From the NCBI RefSeq assembly GCF_964213995.1, contig NC_135808.1, positions 23,498,001 to 23,562,000 of the forward strand: a DNA stretch of 64,000 bases. The letters run 5' to 3'. This DNA is from Mustelus asterias. Its lineage: Eukaryota. The notes below the pieces were generated by a model. The model did no database searches, was not told where the DNA came from, and saw only the letters and a list, made by a program, of their open reading frames with translations. Below are positions 1-14,434 of this stretch, piece by piece. How positions within the stretch are numbered: position 1 is the stretch's first letter; each line of letters opens with the position of its first letter. The position numbers and the translations under genes were made by a program.

Positions 1-1320
1 TCTTTGAGATGGTAACAGACATGATGATGGGAAAACGTGGTGGATATGTGCAGCTGGATTTTAGAAAAATGTTCCCACACAGGGATTATCAGTTAAGATT
101 AAATGAGTACTTTGCGCATCTCTTTAACTGGATCACAATGTTCTTGTATCATTGCAGCCTCTCATTCCAGATTAAAACCTGGAAGATGCATGAAGGTGAC
201 AATAAGTAACCTTTGCGGTCTTGTCCAGTTCCACCTCCCCAAGCTGTAATTCCTGATTTTGATAACCCACCACACAGGTGTGTGACGCATGTCCTGTAGT
301 TCCATGTGGAATTTGGGCTGCCAGCTGAGTAGAGGTATTGCAACAGGACTAGTAATCCAGAGACACAGGATAAATTTCTGGGAACCGAGATTTGAATCCC
401 ACCAAGACAGAGGGTGGAATTTGACCTCAAGAAAAAATAAAATCTGGAATTAAAAGTCTAATGATGACCATGAAACCATTATTAATTGTTGTAAAAACCC
501 ATCTTGTTCACTGCTGTCGTTTAGGGAAGGAAATCTGCCATCCTTACCTGGTCTGGCCTGCATGTGACTCCAGACCCACAGCAATGTGGTTGTCTCTTAA
601 ATGTCTTTGGAAATGACCCAGCAGGATCTAGGTGGAGGGCGTGCAATGTTCATCTACCCACTTCAGCTGCATCACTGTAGCTTGTCACCAGGTGGTTCCA
701 CTGCGGCATCCTCTTTGACAGAGCTGCCTTGGGCTCAGCACACTGTGGGGGGAGCTGATTAAGATCCAGCAGAGGGAGTGTCTGCTGGGTAGTTGTTTAT
801 AGAGCTGGCCAATTAAGATGCCGTGTCCAGCACCCAATGTGGGAGTTGGGTGGATCTGATGTGTTTTGTTGGGGGTGCTCCAGCTCTGCTGGGTTTGCCT
901 CACTCTAAAGTGATGTATTTCTTTCTCATCCCCAGTGCGGGCCAGGCAGTGTAATCCAGAGGTACCAGTCCCTGAGAACAGCAGTGGACAAGAGAATGAG
1001 GGAAGATCTGCTGTCATCGAGCTGACAGCGACCAACTGATTCAAGTTCCATATTTGTGACTCTGTAAATGGAACTGTGGTCATGGTTTGTCAGGAATTCC
1101 TCTATCTGGAGCTGCACATTTAAAGCTATTCTGATCTGCCCTATCATCCTGCACAAACTCGAGGAACCTGTCTCGTTCACTGCAAACTCAGTCACCTGTT
1201 TCTGCAATCTGTCACTTTGCTGCAATGTCTTTCACTTCCTGCCTCTGTGAAGCCTTCAATACAAAACTAATATTGCTGGGGTAGGGTAACACCACTGCAG
1301 TGCAGAACATTTCAAGACAT

Positions 1321-1555
1321 GGGCGGCATGGTGGCACAGTGGTTAGTACTGCTGCCTCACAGTGCCAGGGTCCTGGGTTCAATTCCCAGCTTGGGTCACT
1401 GTCTGTGTGGAGTTTGCACATTCTCCGCGTGTCTGTGTGGGTTTCCTCCGGATGCTCCAGTTTCCTCCCACAGTCCAAAGATGCGCAGTTGAGATGGATT
1501 GGCAATGCTACAATTGCCCCTTAGTGTCAGGGGGACTAGCTAGGGTAAATGCATG
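1321..1555 (+). mobile_element. HE1-type tRNA-derived SINE
   Basis: GGCACAGTGGTTAG A-box, GGTTCAATTCC B-box, GGGTTTCCTCCGG..CTCC core. Confidence 0.85.
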
Positions 1556-1865
1556 TTGAATTCAGAACAGCTTGTGGATGCGGCCCTGTGCCGTCCGCTG
1601 AGGGGAATGGTCTGGCCCGTTAAGCAATAGCTCTGAGTTGAGTTTGATTGCACTGTGCAACTGCTGCGATTCGAGCTCCAAGTAGAGTTGACATCAGCAG
1701 GTGAATAGTCGATTTTGTGAATCCAGTATTCCATTGTTTAGTGGCGAATTTCCCAGTTTTTTATTGAGCTGCATTCCTTGTTGACTTGGCTGACTTCCAC
1801 AGTCAGAGAGAGAGATTTGAGATATACCTGTAAAAGGGCCACTGTAGTGTGTGATCACCCCCATG

Positions 1866-4800
1866 AACATAGAACATAGAACATTTCAGCACAGAAACAG
1901 GCCTTTTGGCCCTTTTTGCCTGTGCCGAACCATTTTTGTGCCTAGTCCCACTGACCTGCACCTGGACCATATCCCTCCACACCCCTCTCATCCATGTACC
2001 TGTCCAAGTTTTTCTTAAATGTTAAAAGTGCATTCACCACCTCATCTGGCAGCTCATTCCAAACTCCCACCACTCTGTGCGAAGAAGCCCCCCCTAATAT
2101 TCCCTTTAAACTTTTCCCCCCTCACTCTTAACCCATGTCCTCTAGTTATTTTCTCCCCTAGCCTCAGTGGAAAAAACCTGCTTGCATTCACTCTATGGAT
2201 ACCAATCATAATTTTATACACCTCTATCAAATCTCCCCTCATTCCTCTATGCTCCAGGGAATAAAGTCCTAACCTATTCAACTTTTCTCTGTAACTCAGT
2301 TTCTCAAGTCCCGGCAACATCCTTGTAAACCTTCTCTGCACTCTTTCAACCTTATTAATATCCTTCCTGTAATTAGGTGACCAAAACTGCACATAATACT
2401 CTAAATTCGGCCTCACCAATGTCTTATACAACTTCACCATAACATTCCAACTCCTATATTCAATACTTTGATTTATAAAGGCCAATGTACCAAAAGCACT
2501 CTTTACGACCCTATCGACCTGTGATGCCACTTTTAGGGAATTATGTATCTGTATTCCCAGATCTCTCTGTTCTACTGCACTCTTCAGTGTCCTACCATTT
2601 ACCTTGTATCTTCTACCTTGGTTTGTCCTTCCAAAGTGCAATACCTCACACTTAGAACATAGAACATTACAGCGCAGTACAGGCCCTTCGGCCCTCGATG
2701 TTGCGCTGACCAGTGAAACCAATCTAAAGCCCATCTAATCTACACTATTCCAATATCATCCATATGTTTATCCAATAACCATTTGAATTCTCTTAATGTT
2801 GGCGAGTCCACTACTGCTGCAGGCAGGGCATTCCACGCCCTGACTACTCTCTGACTAAAGAACCTACCTCGAAAATCTGTCCTATATCTCTCACCCCTCA
2901 ATTTAAAGCTATGTCCCCTCGTGTTAGCCATCACCACCCGAGGAAAAAGGCTCTCACTATCCACCCTATCTAATCCTCTGATCATCTTGTATGCCTCTAT
3001 TAAGTCACATCTTAACCTTCTTCTCTCTAACAAAAACAACCTCAAGTCCCTCAGTCTTTCCTCACACGATCTTCCCACCATACCAGGCAACATCCTGGTA
3101 AATCTCCTCTGCACACTTTCCAACACTTCCATGTCTTTCCTATAATGTGGCGACCAGAACTGTACGCAATACTCCAAGTGCGGCCGCACCAGAGTTTTGT
3201 ATAGTTGCAGCATGACTTCATAGCTCCGAAACTCAATCCCTCTCCCAATAAAAGCTAACACACCGTACGCCTTCTTAACAATCCTATCAACCTGGGTGCC
3301 AACTTTCAGGGATCTATGCAGATGGACACCCAGATCCCTCTGTTCATCCACACTACCAAGTATCTTACCATTAGCCCAGTACTCTGTATTCCTGTTACTC
3401 CTTCCAAAGTGAATCACCTCACACTTTTCCGCATTAAGCTCCATTTGCCACCTCTCAGCCCAACTCTGCAGCTTATCCATGTCCCTCTGTAACCTGCCAC
3501 TTCCCTCCGCACTGTCTACAACTCCACCAACTTTAATGTCATCCGCAAATTTACTAATCCATCCTTCTACGCCCTCATACAGGTCATTTATAGAAATGAC
3601 AAACAGCAGTGGCCCCAAAACAGATCCTTGTGGTACACCACTAGTAACTGAACTCCAGGATGAATATTTCCCATCAACCACCACACTCTGTTTTCTTACA
3701 GCAAGCCAATTCCTGATCCAAACCACTAAATCACCCTCAATCCCATGTGTCCGTATTTTCTGCAACAGCTTACCATGGGGAACCTTATCATATGCTTTGC
3801 TGAAATCCATATACACCACATCAACCACTTTACCCTCATCCACCTCTTTGGTCACCTTCTCAAAGAACTCAATAAGGTTTGTGAGGCACGACCTACCCTT
3901 CAAAAAATCGTGCTAACTATCCCTCATCAAATTATTCCTTTCTTGGTGATTATAAATCCTATCTCTTATAATCCTTTCCAAAACTTTGCCCACAACAGAA
4001 GTAAGGCTCACCGGTCTATAATTACCAGGGTTGTCCCTACTCCCCTTCTTGAACAAGATTTTCTATCCTCCAGTCTTCTGGCACTGTTCCTGTAGACAAT
4101 GACGACACAAAGATCAAAGCCAAAGGCTCAGCAATCTCCTCTCTAGCCTCCCAGAGAATCCTAGGATAAATCCCATCTGGCCCAGGGGACTTATTTATTT
4201 TTACCCTTTCCAGAATTGCTAACACCTCCTCCTTATGAACCTCAATCCCGTCCAGGCCAACAACCTGCATCTCAGTACTCCCCTCGACAACACTATCCTT
4301 CTCCTGTGTGAATACCGACGAAAAATATTGATTTAGTGCCCCTCCTAGCTCTTCAGACTCCATGCACAACCTTTGACAAGGTTCCGCATGGGAGGTTAGT
4401 CAGGAAGGTTCAGTAGCTAGGTATACATGGAGGGGTAGTAAATTGGATTAGACATTGGCTCAATGGAAGAAGCCAGAGAGTGGGAGTGGAGGATTGCGTC
4501 TCTGAGTGGAGGCCTGTGACTAGTGGTGTGCCACAGGGATCAGTGCTGGGTCCATTGTTGTTTGTCATCTATATCAATGATCTGGATGATAATGTGGTAA
4601 ATTGGATCAGGACGTTTGCTGATGATACAAAGATTGGCTGTCCTTGACTGGCCCTAATCTTACCCTAGTCATTTCTTTTACTCCTGACATACCTATAGAA
4701 AGCTTTAGGGTTTTCCTTGATCCTACCTGCCAAAGACTTCTTATGTCCCCTCCTGGTTCCTCTTAACTCTTTTTCTTTAGGTCCTTCCTGTCTAACTTGT

Positions 4801-6405
4801 AACTCTCAAGCGCCCTAACTGAGCCTTCACGTCTCATCTTAACATAAGTCTCCTTCTTCCTCTTCACAAGAGATTCAACCTCTTTAGTAAACCACGGTTC
4901 CTTCACACGACTGCTTGCTCCCTGCCTGACAGGTACATATTTATCGAGGACGCGTAGTAGCTGTTCCTCGAACAAGCTCCACATTACAATTGTGCCCATC
5001 CCCTGCAGTTTCCTTCCCCAACCTATGCCACCTAAATATTGTCTGATTAACTTGTCTGCATTAAACTGCATCTGCCATTTTTCAGCCCATTTTTCTAGCT
5101 GGTCCAAATCCCTCTGCAAGCTTTGAAAGCCTTCTTCACTGTCCACTACACCTCCAATCTTTGTATCATCAGCAAACGTCCTGATCCAATTTACCACATT
5201 ATCATCCAGATCATTGATATAGATGACAAACAACAATGGACCCAGCACTTATCCCTGTGGCACACCACTAGTCACAGACCTCCACTCAGAGAAGCAATCC
5301 TCCACTACCACTCTCTGGCTTCTTCCATTGAGCCAATGTCTAATCCAATTTACTACCTCTCCATGTACACCTAGCGACTGAACCTTCCTGACTAACCTCC
5401 CATGCGGAACCTTGTCAAAGGCCTTGCTGAAATCCAGGTAGACAACATCCACTGCCTTCCCTTATCCACTTTCTTGGTAACCTCCTCGAAAAACTCTAAT
5501 AGATTGGTTAAACATGACCTACCACGCACAAAGCCATGTTGCCTCTCCCTAATAAGTCCCTGTCTATCCAAATATTTGTAGATCCTATCTCTTAATACTC
5601 CTTCCAATAATTTACCTGCTACTGACGTCAAACCTACCGGCCTATAATTTCCCGCATTACTTTTTGAACCTTTTTTAAACAATGGAACAACATGAGCTAT
5701 CCTCCAATCATCCGGCACCTCACCTGTGGATACCGACATTTTAAATATATCTGCCAGGGCCCCTGCAATTTCAACACTAGTCTCCTTCAAGGTCCGAGGG
5801 AATACCCTGTCCGGTCCTGGGGATTTATCTACTCTGATTTGTCTCAAGACAGCAAGCACCTCCTCCCCTTTAATCTGTATAGGTTCCATGACCTCCCTAC
5901 TTGTTTGCCTTATTTCCATAGACTCCATGCCAGTTTCCTTAGTAAATACGGATGCAAAAAACCCACTTAATATCTCCCCCATTTCTTTTGGTTCCATACA
6001 TAGCCGACCACTCTGATCTTCAAGAGGACCAATTTTATCCCTTACTATCCTTTTGCTCTTAATATACCTGTAGAAGCACTTAGGATTATCCTTCACCTTG
6101 TCTGCCAAAGCAACCTCATGTCTTCTTTTAGGCTTCCTGATTTCTTTCTTAAGTAGTTTCTTGCACTTTTTATACTCCTCAAGCATCTTATTTGCTCCCT
6201 GTTGCCTATACATGTCATACATCTCTCTCTTCTTCTTTATCAGAGTTCCAATATCCCTCGAGAACCAAGGTTCCTTATTCTTATTCACTTTGCCTTTAAT
6301 CCTGACAGGACCATACAAACTCTGCACTCTCAAAATTTCACCTTTACAGGCCTCCCACTTACCATTCACATCCTTGCCAGGGAACAGCCTGTCCCAATCC
6401 ATGAC
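1866..6405 (-). mobile_element. Nested CR1-clade LINEs: element 1 (1866-2653 plus 5050-6405) interrupted by element 2 (2654-5049)
   Basis: RT motifs ([32 protein letters not shown]); two (TTCTATG)n tails at 1866 and 2654; ACTT duplicated at 2650-2653 and 5050-5053, where element 1 resumes. Confidence 0.9.
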
Positions 6406-7377
6406 TTGCATGGGGAATCAGTCATTGACCTCCCAGTAGGACTCATTGAATATGAGCTCCCTGGGAATTGGTAATTAACCAACCAGATTTAATTTACTTA
6501 AAGGCTGCTGGTTTAGGTCAGAATCTGGCTTTTACTCTACATTTGAACGTGTAAAAGATCTATGAGTTGAATTTCCACTTGGACCCACATTCCCTAATTT
6601 ACTGTCGCACTCAGACTGAAGCCTCACCTGACTGATCATGCATTTCTAACTTCACACATAACAGAATGACACATCCAATCACACTTGCATTAATATCCTA
6701 ACATTTCTAGCCATGGCGGGGAGGTGGAGGAGGGGGAGTTAGGGGACCTCTTGTGGAGTCTTTGCTTCCACCCCAATGCACGGTCCCAGGGCCTTTGGTA
6801 ACGGCCAGCCTGTGACCTGTCATTTTAAAGAAATCAGACTCAAGGGCAAAGACACCACCAAGCGTAAGTGAGCAAATTAATCTATATTTTCCTTTCTCTA
6901 AAATATACATCAATACCAAATTACACCCATGACGATTTATGCTAATTTGGTGGTGTGTGTGTTGTGTGTATGTTTCCTAACACTACATCTCATTCTCAAT
7001 CATTTTCCTCACAAACATCCCATTAGTTTCCATCTGATCCCATCCCTGAGCCCTGGAGATTATTGACTGTCCAATATAACATTTTCTGTTTTGACATTGA
7101 ATTTGATTTCTGGCACTAACATGTTTGCTCCTTAACTCAGGTAACATCTCATTACTTCAGCAGAAGACTATATGAAACTGATATTTTCCAAATCATCTCA
7201 AATTCAGATAGCCCCATGTATCGTTTATTTCTTAACATTCATAGAAAGGAGCTAACGTGTATTTTAATTCCCAGCAAATTTCTCCTTGAGCATTTTAAAG
7301 TATTAATTCACATGTATTAAATTCATGAATTCCAATTTCTTCTGTTGTTTTTTCATGTTTCTTTAAATGAGTGTATG

Positions 7378-7590
7378 GGGCAGCGTGGTGAACAGCACTG
7401 CTGCCTCACAGTGCCAGTTACCCGGGTTCGATTCCCGGCTTGGGTCACTGTCTGCGCGGAATCTGTGCGTTCTCCCCGTGTGTGCATGGGTTTCCTCTGG
7501 GTGTGCAAAAGATGTGCTGGTTAGGTTCATTGGCCATGCTAAATTCCCCCTCAGTGTCCGCAAACAGGCACTGGAGTGTGGCGACAAAGA
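7378..7590 (+). mobile_element. HE1-type SINE
   Basis: A/B boxes and HE1 core. Confidence 0.8.
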
Positions 7591-8759
7591 TTCTGATAGT
7601 AGATTCTGAAAGCCATGATAGTATTAAATGGTGTAGCAGACTCGAGGGGCTGAATAGTCTGCTCCTGCCCCTAATTCTTATGTCATTATGTTTTTATATT
7701 ATCATCTCACATCTTATCAATTTGATTCTGAGATGTTGCAGTTCTCTTTATTATGGATGTCAAATCTACTGAGAAGTTTTGGACCCAGCTCATTGCCTTC
7801 AGTGTTTTTTCATGCAACGCAAAGGTGAGTGTATTGGGAGGGAGTTGGACTGAAATGCAGGAGGATTATGCTTCGCGATACTACCTCCGAGCTATTAGTC
7901 CCGATATCTGAGGAAGGATGCTAATGCGAAAGAAGCATTTTAGAAAATGTATGAACATGTACTGGAAGCATTAGACTATCCCCTATCCCGATGGACTGGT
8001 GGGTTTGAAACAAAATGATTGGCACAATACTGTTCCCTGCTTCTTTTAAAGTATTAGTGCTGATACAGTATGTGTAGATTTAAGTGATTCCAATAGGTGT
8101 TGGGTTGGACATGTGAAGGTATGGGGGCGGAGGATGCTGGGGGCCGAGGCCAGTTAATATTTCATTCCAAATTCCCGATGTTTTCCACGTTTAAAACTTG
8201 GTCAGTGCTCTCATTCCTCACATATTTTAACATAAGTGCATGTGGGATCATAGGAACATCGGCACAGCAGTAGGCCATTCGGCCTGCTCCGCCATTCAAT
8301 AAAACCGGACACGTCAATATATTTTACACGTTATGTCGGTATAGCGCGCAAGAAACAATACTTTTCACTGCATACAGATATATGAGTCAAAATCAAATCA
8401 AACATACTAACCCCAAACCCTTCCGATATGTTAATGGGAAACATATTCAACTCTTCCATAAAAATACTCAATTTTCCTGCCCGACTGCAGAATGCGGCCA
8501 TGACACTATGTCGTTTTGCAATTTTAATTCTGTTACGTTGTTTCCTCGCTCTGTCAGAGAGGAAATACCGGAACCCATAACACCTTCTTTCTTAACACTG
8601 ATCCACGCCCAGTATTTTTTTCACATTTCGGTCTTTGCTGTCAGCTGGAACAACACAGGCTACTGTGTACAAGCACATCGAGCAGGGCAGATTCTAATCT
8701 CGATATTTCACGCTCTTGGACTGTTAGTTGCAGCATTTCCAAACTCCATTCGCAACAAT

Positions 8760-9337
8760 GGGCGGCAAGGCGGCACAGTGGTTAGCACTGCTGCGTCACA
8801 GTGGTTAGCACTGCTGCGTCACGGTGGTTAGCACTGCTGCGTCACGGTGGTGAGCACTGCTGCGTCACGGTGGTTAGCACTGCTGCGTCACGGTGGTTAT
8901 CACTGCTGCGTCACGGTGGTGAGCACTGCTGCGTCACGGTGGTTAGCACTGCTGCGTCACAGTGGTGAGCACTGCTGCGTCACGGTGGTGAGCACTGCTG
9001 CGTCACGGTGGTGAGCACTGCTGCGTCACGGTGGTTAGCACTGCTGCATCACGGTGGTTAGGCACTGCTGCGTCACGGTGCTAGGGACCCGGATTCAAAA
9101 TCCCGTTTGGGTCACTGTCTGTGTGGGGACTGTACAATCTCCCCGAGCCGGCATCGGTTTCCTCCCACAGTCCAACAATGTGCGGGTTAGGTGGATTGGT
9201 CATGCTAAATTGCTCCTTAGTGTCAGGGAAACTAGCTAGCTTAAGTGCATGGGTTTAAGGGAATAGGACCTGGGTAGGATTATGGTCGGTGCAGACTCGA
9301 TGGGCCGAATGGCCTCCTTTATTATAGGGATTCTATG
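8760..9337 (+). mobile_element. HE1-type SINE with a 13 x 23-bp internal tandem amplification (8776-9075)
   Basis: Unit CGGTGGTTAGCACTGCTGCGTCA, then a normal HE1 body and CR1-like tail. Confidence 0.88.
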
Positions 9338-12017
9338 CAATGAACAATGCTTTTAAGCATCCAATTGTATTGGGGGGGGGGGGGGGATGGGGGGTGGAGT
9401 TCACACAGCATTGCAAATGCAGATTTTGGGGGCCTTATATCGTCTTACCATGACTTCTGTGGACTTCGGTTGTGCAATTTGACTTGGATTCGTATCATTT
9501 CTTGCAATTGAGTACGTTCTTCTGCTAAAGTGTGAACCTTTGCCGCTGCCCATCTAAAATGGCAATTTGCTCCGACAGAGCATTTTTCTCGATGATATTG
9601 CTGGTTCAGCTATTACTTATCGATAATTTTGGTGGTTTCTGTTCAACATAGATTAATTTGGCTTTAATACATCATGATTTCAACGACTGTCCAGCTCTCC
9701 CTTTTCCTGTGTCCATCATGTTTTACGTCTTACTTTATATCATCATCCTTAATTGTCTCATATTCTTATCATTTCAACTTGATTGTTATTCATTTGGATG
9801 TTCGGAAATCAGCTCATGTCTATCCTTATTGTTTGGATGTCACCTTCTCACTGGAACATATGTGAGTGACTTGATGAATTTAGATAACGTCTCATTCTAA
9901 TGGTCACATTAGCGATGTCATGGATATCGTTTGTCAAATGATTGTGCAGAGCTGAGACCCGTGCTTTGGTAAATTCACAAGGCGATTGCACTCGGTACTT
10001 GCTCCATACGCACCAAATCATATTTCCACATTCAAAATGGCATCCCAATATTGGAGTGAATACAAGCCCAGTCAACCCAATCTCTCCTCTATCGACAGTC
10101 CTGCCATCCCAGCAATCAACCTGTCGACATTTCGCTGCACGCCCTCTGGTAAGTACGTCCTTTGTTAGATAAAGAGAACAAGTCCGCACGCAATGCTCCA
10201 GGTGTAGTCTCACCAATACCGTTGTAATGCTGCTTTTTTGTAAAGATGGGGCATGAACTGCAGCTGTAAATATTCATGACATCTCCTCATCTTTAGGTGT
10301 CTCGAAGAAATTCTGGAGTTCGAAGTGTCGCAAAACTCCTGAAACTCCATCGTGATATTGCGCTGTCAGGATCCCGTCCTCCCTGGAGTGGAAGTGGCGG
10401 CTTTGGGAGGTGCTGTTGATAAAAGCTGTCGGGAGTTGCTTGGAGATGCTTGGTGTTGGAGATGACGACTTTGCGAGGTGCTGTTGAAAGAAGCTGTTGC
10501 TTTGTGATGCTTAATGTGACAGAGCCCCAACTCGCCAATTGGACTCTGATTATCCACAAGCATTTCCCCCAACCTTGCACCGTAACCTCACATCATTCAA
10601 GCCAGTGAGTTTCGGGCCAGTAACATAAATAACCCCAACCTTTCGAACAGGCAACAGTGAAGGAGTTCAACTGAATAATTGCTTTACTTTTGACGTTGAT
10701 ATCTCGTGATGACAAGGAGTATCAACCGTTTGCACAGGTATTTCAGTGTTTTGATTTCCACAATTTGATCTCAAATCCCGCACTCCATTCAATGGTGAAA
10801 AACTCTCTTGTAATGTCAACATTTCCTATTTAAAATTGGAACCATTCTCTATCACTGAGCCGACGGGTGACTCCCGATCCACAGCAATGTGGTTGATTCT
10901 TAGCTGTCTTCGGGGCAATGGGGATGGGCAATAAATGCTGACCAGCCAGTGATGCCCATGTCCCACGAATGAATAAACAGAAAATGTGTACCTTATAGAA
11001 TGCCTTTCGAAAATTAAAATACACCACCTCTACTGTTTCTCCCTTTCGAGCTATAAAGGCCTATATTACCCTTAACTACCCTATTTATCCGGATATATTA
11101 TTAATAAACTTTAGTATTGTCCCTGATATTCCTCACGGTGCCACGCCCTCTTCCCTCCATAGAACTCTCATTGTTCAGCTCTTCCTTTGTGGATGTTTGC
11201 ATCTTTCCCTCTCTCCCGGATCGTCCCAGTGCCATGCCCTCACATCAGTTTGATGGAATTTGTCACTCCCTTTGATGACACCAATGGAAGTTTTTGTATC
11301 GTTGGTTTCATTGAGGGTCGGTGATGAATATTTCTATTGATGGTGCATAAAGCTTTGGCATATTGTAACTTGTGGACTTGTGAGTCGAAGTATTGCTAAT
11401 CCATGCACAACATCGCTGTACATGTGCCTGTACCACATGGACTACTGTCCTTTAAAAAAGGCAGCTCACCAAAAACATTTAAAGGGCGAATTTTGGCTTA
11501 GCCAGCACACCCACATCCCATTAATGATTTTTTAAAATGATGCAGAATGATATTTATTCAGTTGAAGGAGAAGTGGAGAGATGTTTTTAGAGCGAACGAT
11601 GGGTATTGATGCATTGTCCTATTTGAAATAAAGTGAGCTACTGAATTGGAGTGTGTCTGAATACATGATGGCATGATTTGCCACAGCGTCAGCACCCTTT
11701 GGAAGAAATGAACACAGCACGTGCTGTTTGTGTGTACTACTAAAATGCCCACTAAAATGCAACTTGATCAGTTTCTGAGACAACTTTGGCAGATGCCCAG
11801 ATTTGATAGTTAGTTAAGACTGCAGTGTGCTTTCTTTGCATTCTCATTAATGCATGTGCAATAACTGATCATTTGGTAACGATATCTCTTCACTACACTT
11901 GCTGTTTGGCGTACAGGATATCATGCCTTGCAGTTTCACCAGGCTAACACGGTTGATGAAAAGATTGGGATCAATATAATATTTATTCATACAAAGCATG
12001 TTGTTCTGCTCACAGAT

Positions 12018-12916
12018 CTATTGTTTATTAATGAAACGGATAATTGATGTAAATGGATATTTCAGCGCGCTCTTGAACTGATCCCTGAACTTAGACTGAG
12101 TCACTCCATATATAAATGCATTTGTGCAGCAACTTAAATCCACCAGCATAACTCCAACTTGATCAAATATATATAAAGAATCGTTATAATTTGCGGGATT
12201 AGTTCCTGAAATTATATATAAGAAATTTGTAACATATAAAAACCATAAGAGTATGAAGCTCCCAGATATGGTGAAGAGTAAAATCATAGACTTCCTTCTG
12301 CCCTCCATCTCTGGGTCACTGCGATTATCGCATTTGCTCTGACCCCTCAGTCCCTTCCGTACTCGACTGGTCACTAAAATATATCTGACTGTAAGAGTGT
12401 TGAGCAACAGAATTGAAACATATGGGATCAATGGAGTTGAAACCGTTTCAAACCATTCAAATGCCACCCATCCTGGGTCAGTATAATAACTTGGTTTTTC
12501 ATTACAGAACCAGGGGACATTGTCGATTATCTCTCTAGGTTCAAACCTAAAGTAGATCGGAATGGCTTTTAAACACATCAGGGTGCAAGTGGTTGATAGT
12601 ACTGCAGCTGCAGTTTGTTCGGTGCAGTATTTCGTTTTCAGCTTCTGACAACAAATGGCCACAAATCGATCGAAGGAGAAAGTGACGGTGAACCAGACAG
12701 AACAGTTCACAGTTGCATAAAGCAGTACAAAGATAATAGTACATGCAGGGGTGATGTTCAGTAAAGATCCTGGGAAAAAGTAGCTGATCCGATATAATAT
12801 GACCGCAGTGATAATCACCAGAAGATCTGCCGCTGCCATGGCCACGAGGTACCGAGTAGTACAGCTGGAGAGACCGCAGTTTCTCCGGGACAGGATCACG
12901 ATTGCCATTAAATTAA
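12018..12916 (-). CDS. gpr139-like: Gene A exon 2: GPR139/GPR142-like class A GPCR (end of TM1 to C-terminus); spliced protein 320 aa
   Basis: Open frame with NLMAIVIL (TM1), YLVAMAAADLL (TM2), SVWFTVTFSFDRFVAICC (TM3, DRF), WFC (ECL2), ILLFTISGSFILLW (TM6), CCTNAFIY and KFR (TM7/H8). Acceptor TCCCTCCCATACAG|TT at 12918-12917, phase 1. AATAAA on - strand at 11982-11987. Confidence 0.9.
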
Positions 12917-14434
12917 CTGTATGGGAGGGATAAAAATGTAGACTGTAAGTTACTGATCCAGCATTCTCCATATCGGCTGGGTTGGTGTGGGGCAACAGCT
13001 GATTGTTTGAAATAGATCTTTATTTACCCAAAGACAATTTAAACTTGCAAATATCTGTGCTTAACAGAATTAGGATGGTGGGCTCTGGGAGGGGTTATCA
13101 TAATTTCTTTTATTTTTTAATAAACTTCAAATAATCTATTGCACATACGTCACAGACACAGTTCTCAGACTTTGGGCAATGTGAAAGGTGAAAGAGGGAT
13201 GAGCACAACTTCAAGGCTAAGGCAAGTGTCTTCATCACACTGGTTATGTGCAAGGGGAAAGTAGTAGTTTTCTTGCTTCACCTCCACCTTGCACGCAATA
13301 CACAAACTCCACCACCGCCTCAACCCCATCCAAACAGAAAGGAACCCGAAGCAGCCATCAGTCCCTGCATGTCCAGACAACCACGCCCAGTAACGAAGTT
13401 AGAACGGAACAGAACTGCTCCTGAAGAGTGCTATGAAGCCTCGCCCGCCCTACCTCCGCCGAATGTGGAGAGAGCCCTGACAACTGGGCTACTCTGAGAA
13501 CAAGAAACTTGTCAGGTATTACAGAAGCATGAAACGAAGTTTATAATATCACGGTAATTGGGGAAAGTCTAACTTGTGTTGCCTGCCCGATGCCAAAGTT
13601 CAAGACATCTGCTGAAGTCTGGAGAGGAAATTGCAGTGGGATCCACTTACTATGGTCCAGTATGGATCAGCGACATAGACAGGATAAATAAAGACGTTGT
13701 GCAGAGGCAAAACGGGATCCTCGGCAGCAGATTATGAAGTAAAACCTGAACGGTCATAACGTCGAGCCACGTGCAAATTAGCATAGGAAAATCGTATCTG
13801 AGGGCTGAAGGCATGGAGCAAACGGTGTGGGCGAACATAGTTCCGGTTCGGGGGCATTGGCAGAATAATTGCGGAAAGTTGCACCTTAACCATTGAAACG
13901 GTTAACACCTGACTTAGAAACAGATCATTCGGACCATCGAGCCTGCACCGACAATAATCCTACCCAGGCCTTATCCCCGGAACACCAAGTATTTATCCTG
14001 CTAATCTCGCTGACACAAAGGGGCAATTAAGAATGGCCAATTAAGCTAATCCACACAAATTCGGACTATGCTGAGGCTAGTTTTCTTGTGAGGAGTGGAA
14101 AGTAGAGAGGTTGTACTTGACCTGGTATTCTGCGATTAAATGGAAATAATTAATCATCCAATAGTGCAGGAGCCCCGAGGTAGCAGCGACTAAATTACAA
14201 TTGAATTTTGCACTCCGTTTCAGGGGTGGAGAAGTGGGTCTGCGAATTTCAACTGATCAATGGGATCAAGCCATCGAATCTGGGAAAAGATCGCCAATAA
14301 ATGAACCGAGACAAGGCAAAAAAGGAAGGTATTTTTAGAGGAACGGAAGAACAATCTATGACAGGAAGGGAGAGAGAGCATAAATCCCACAGTGAACCAA
14401 TGGATGACACCAGTGTTTATGAAAATAATAAGAT

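Noticed and set aside
1321-1395. tRNA genes at A/B-box motifs
   Set aside because: All continue into HE1 SINE bodies.
2921-6474. Plus-strand ORFs overlapping the CR1 elements
   Set aside because: Antisense shadows of LINE ORF2.
8776-9075. CRISPR-like array
   Set aside because: Head-to-tail repeats with no spacers, derived from a SINE head, in eukaryotic DNA.
12917-12995. N-terminal extension of the 325-aa ORF (MPHTNPADM...) as a single-exon start
   Set aside because: It lies in the intron upstream of a strong acceptor; a conserved exon 1 at 19671-19734 supplies the rest of TM1.
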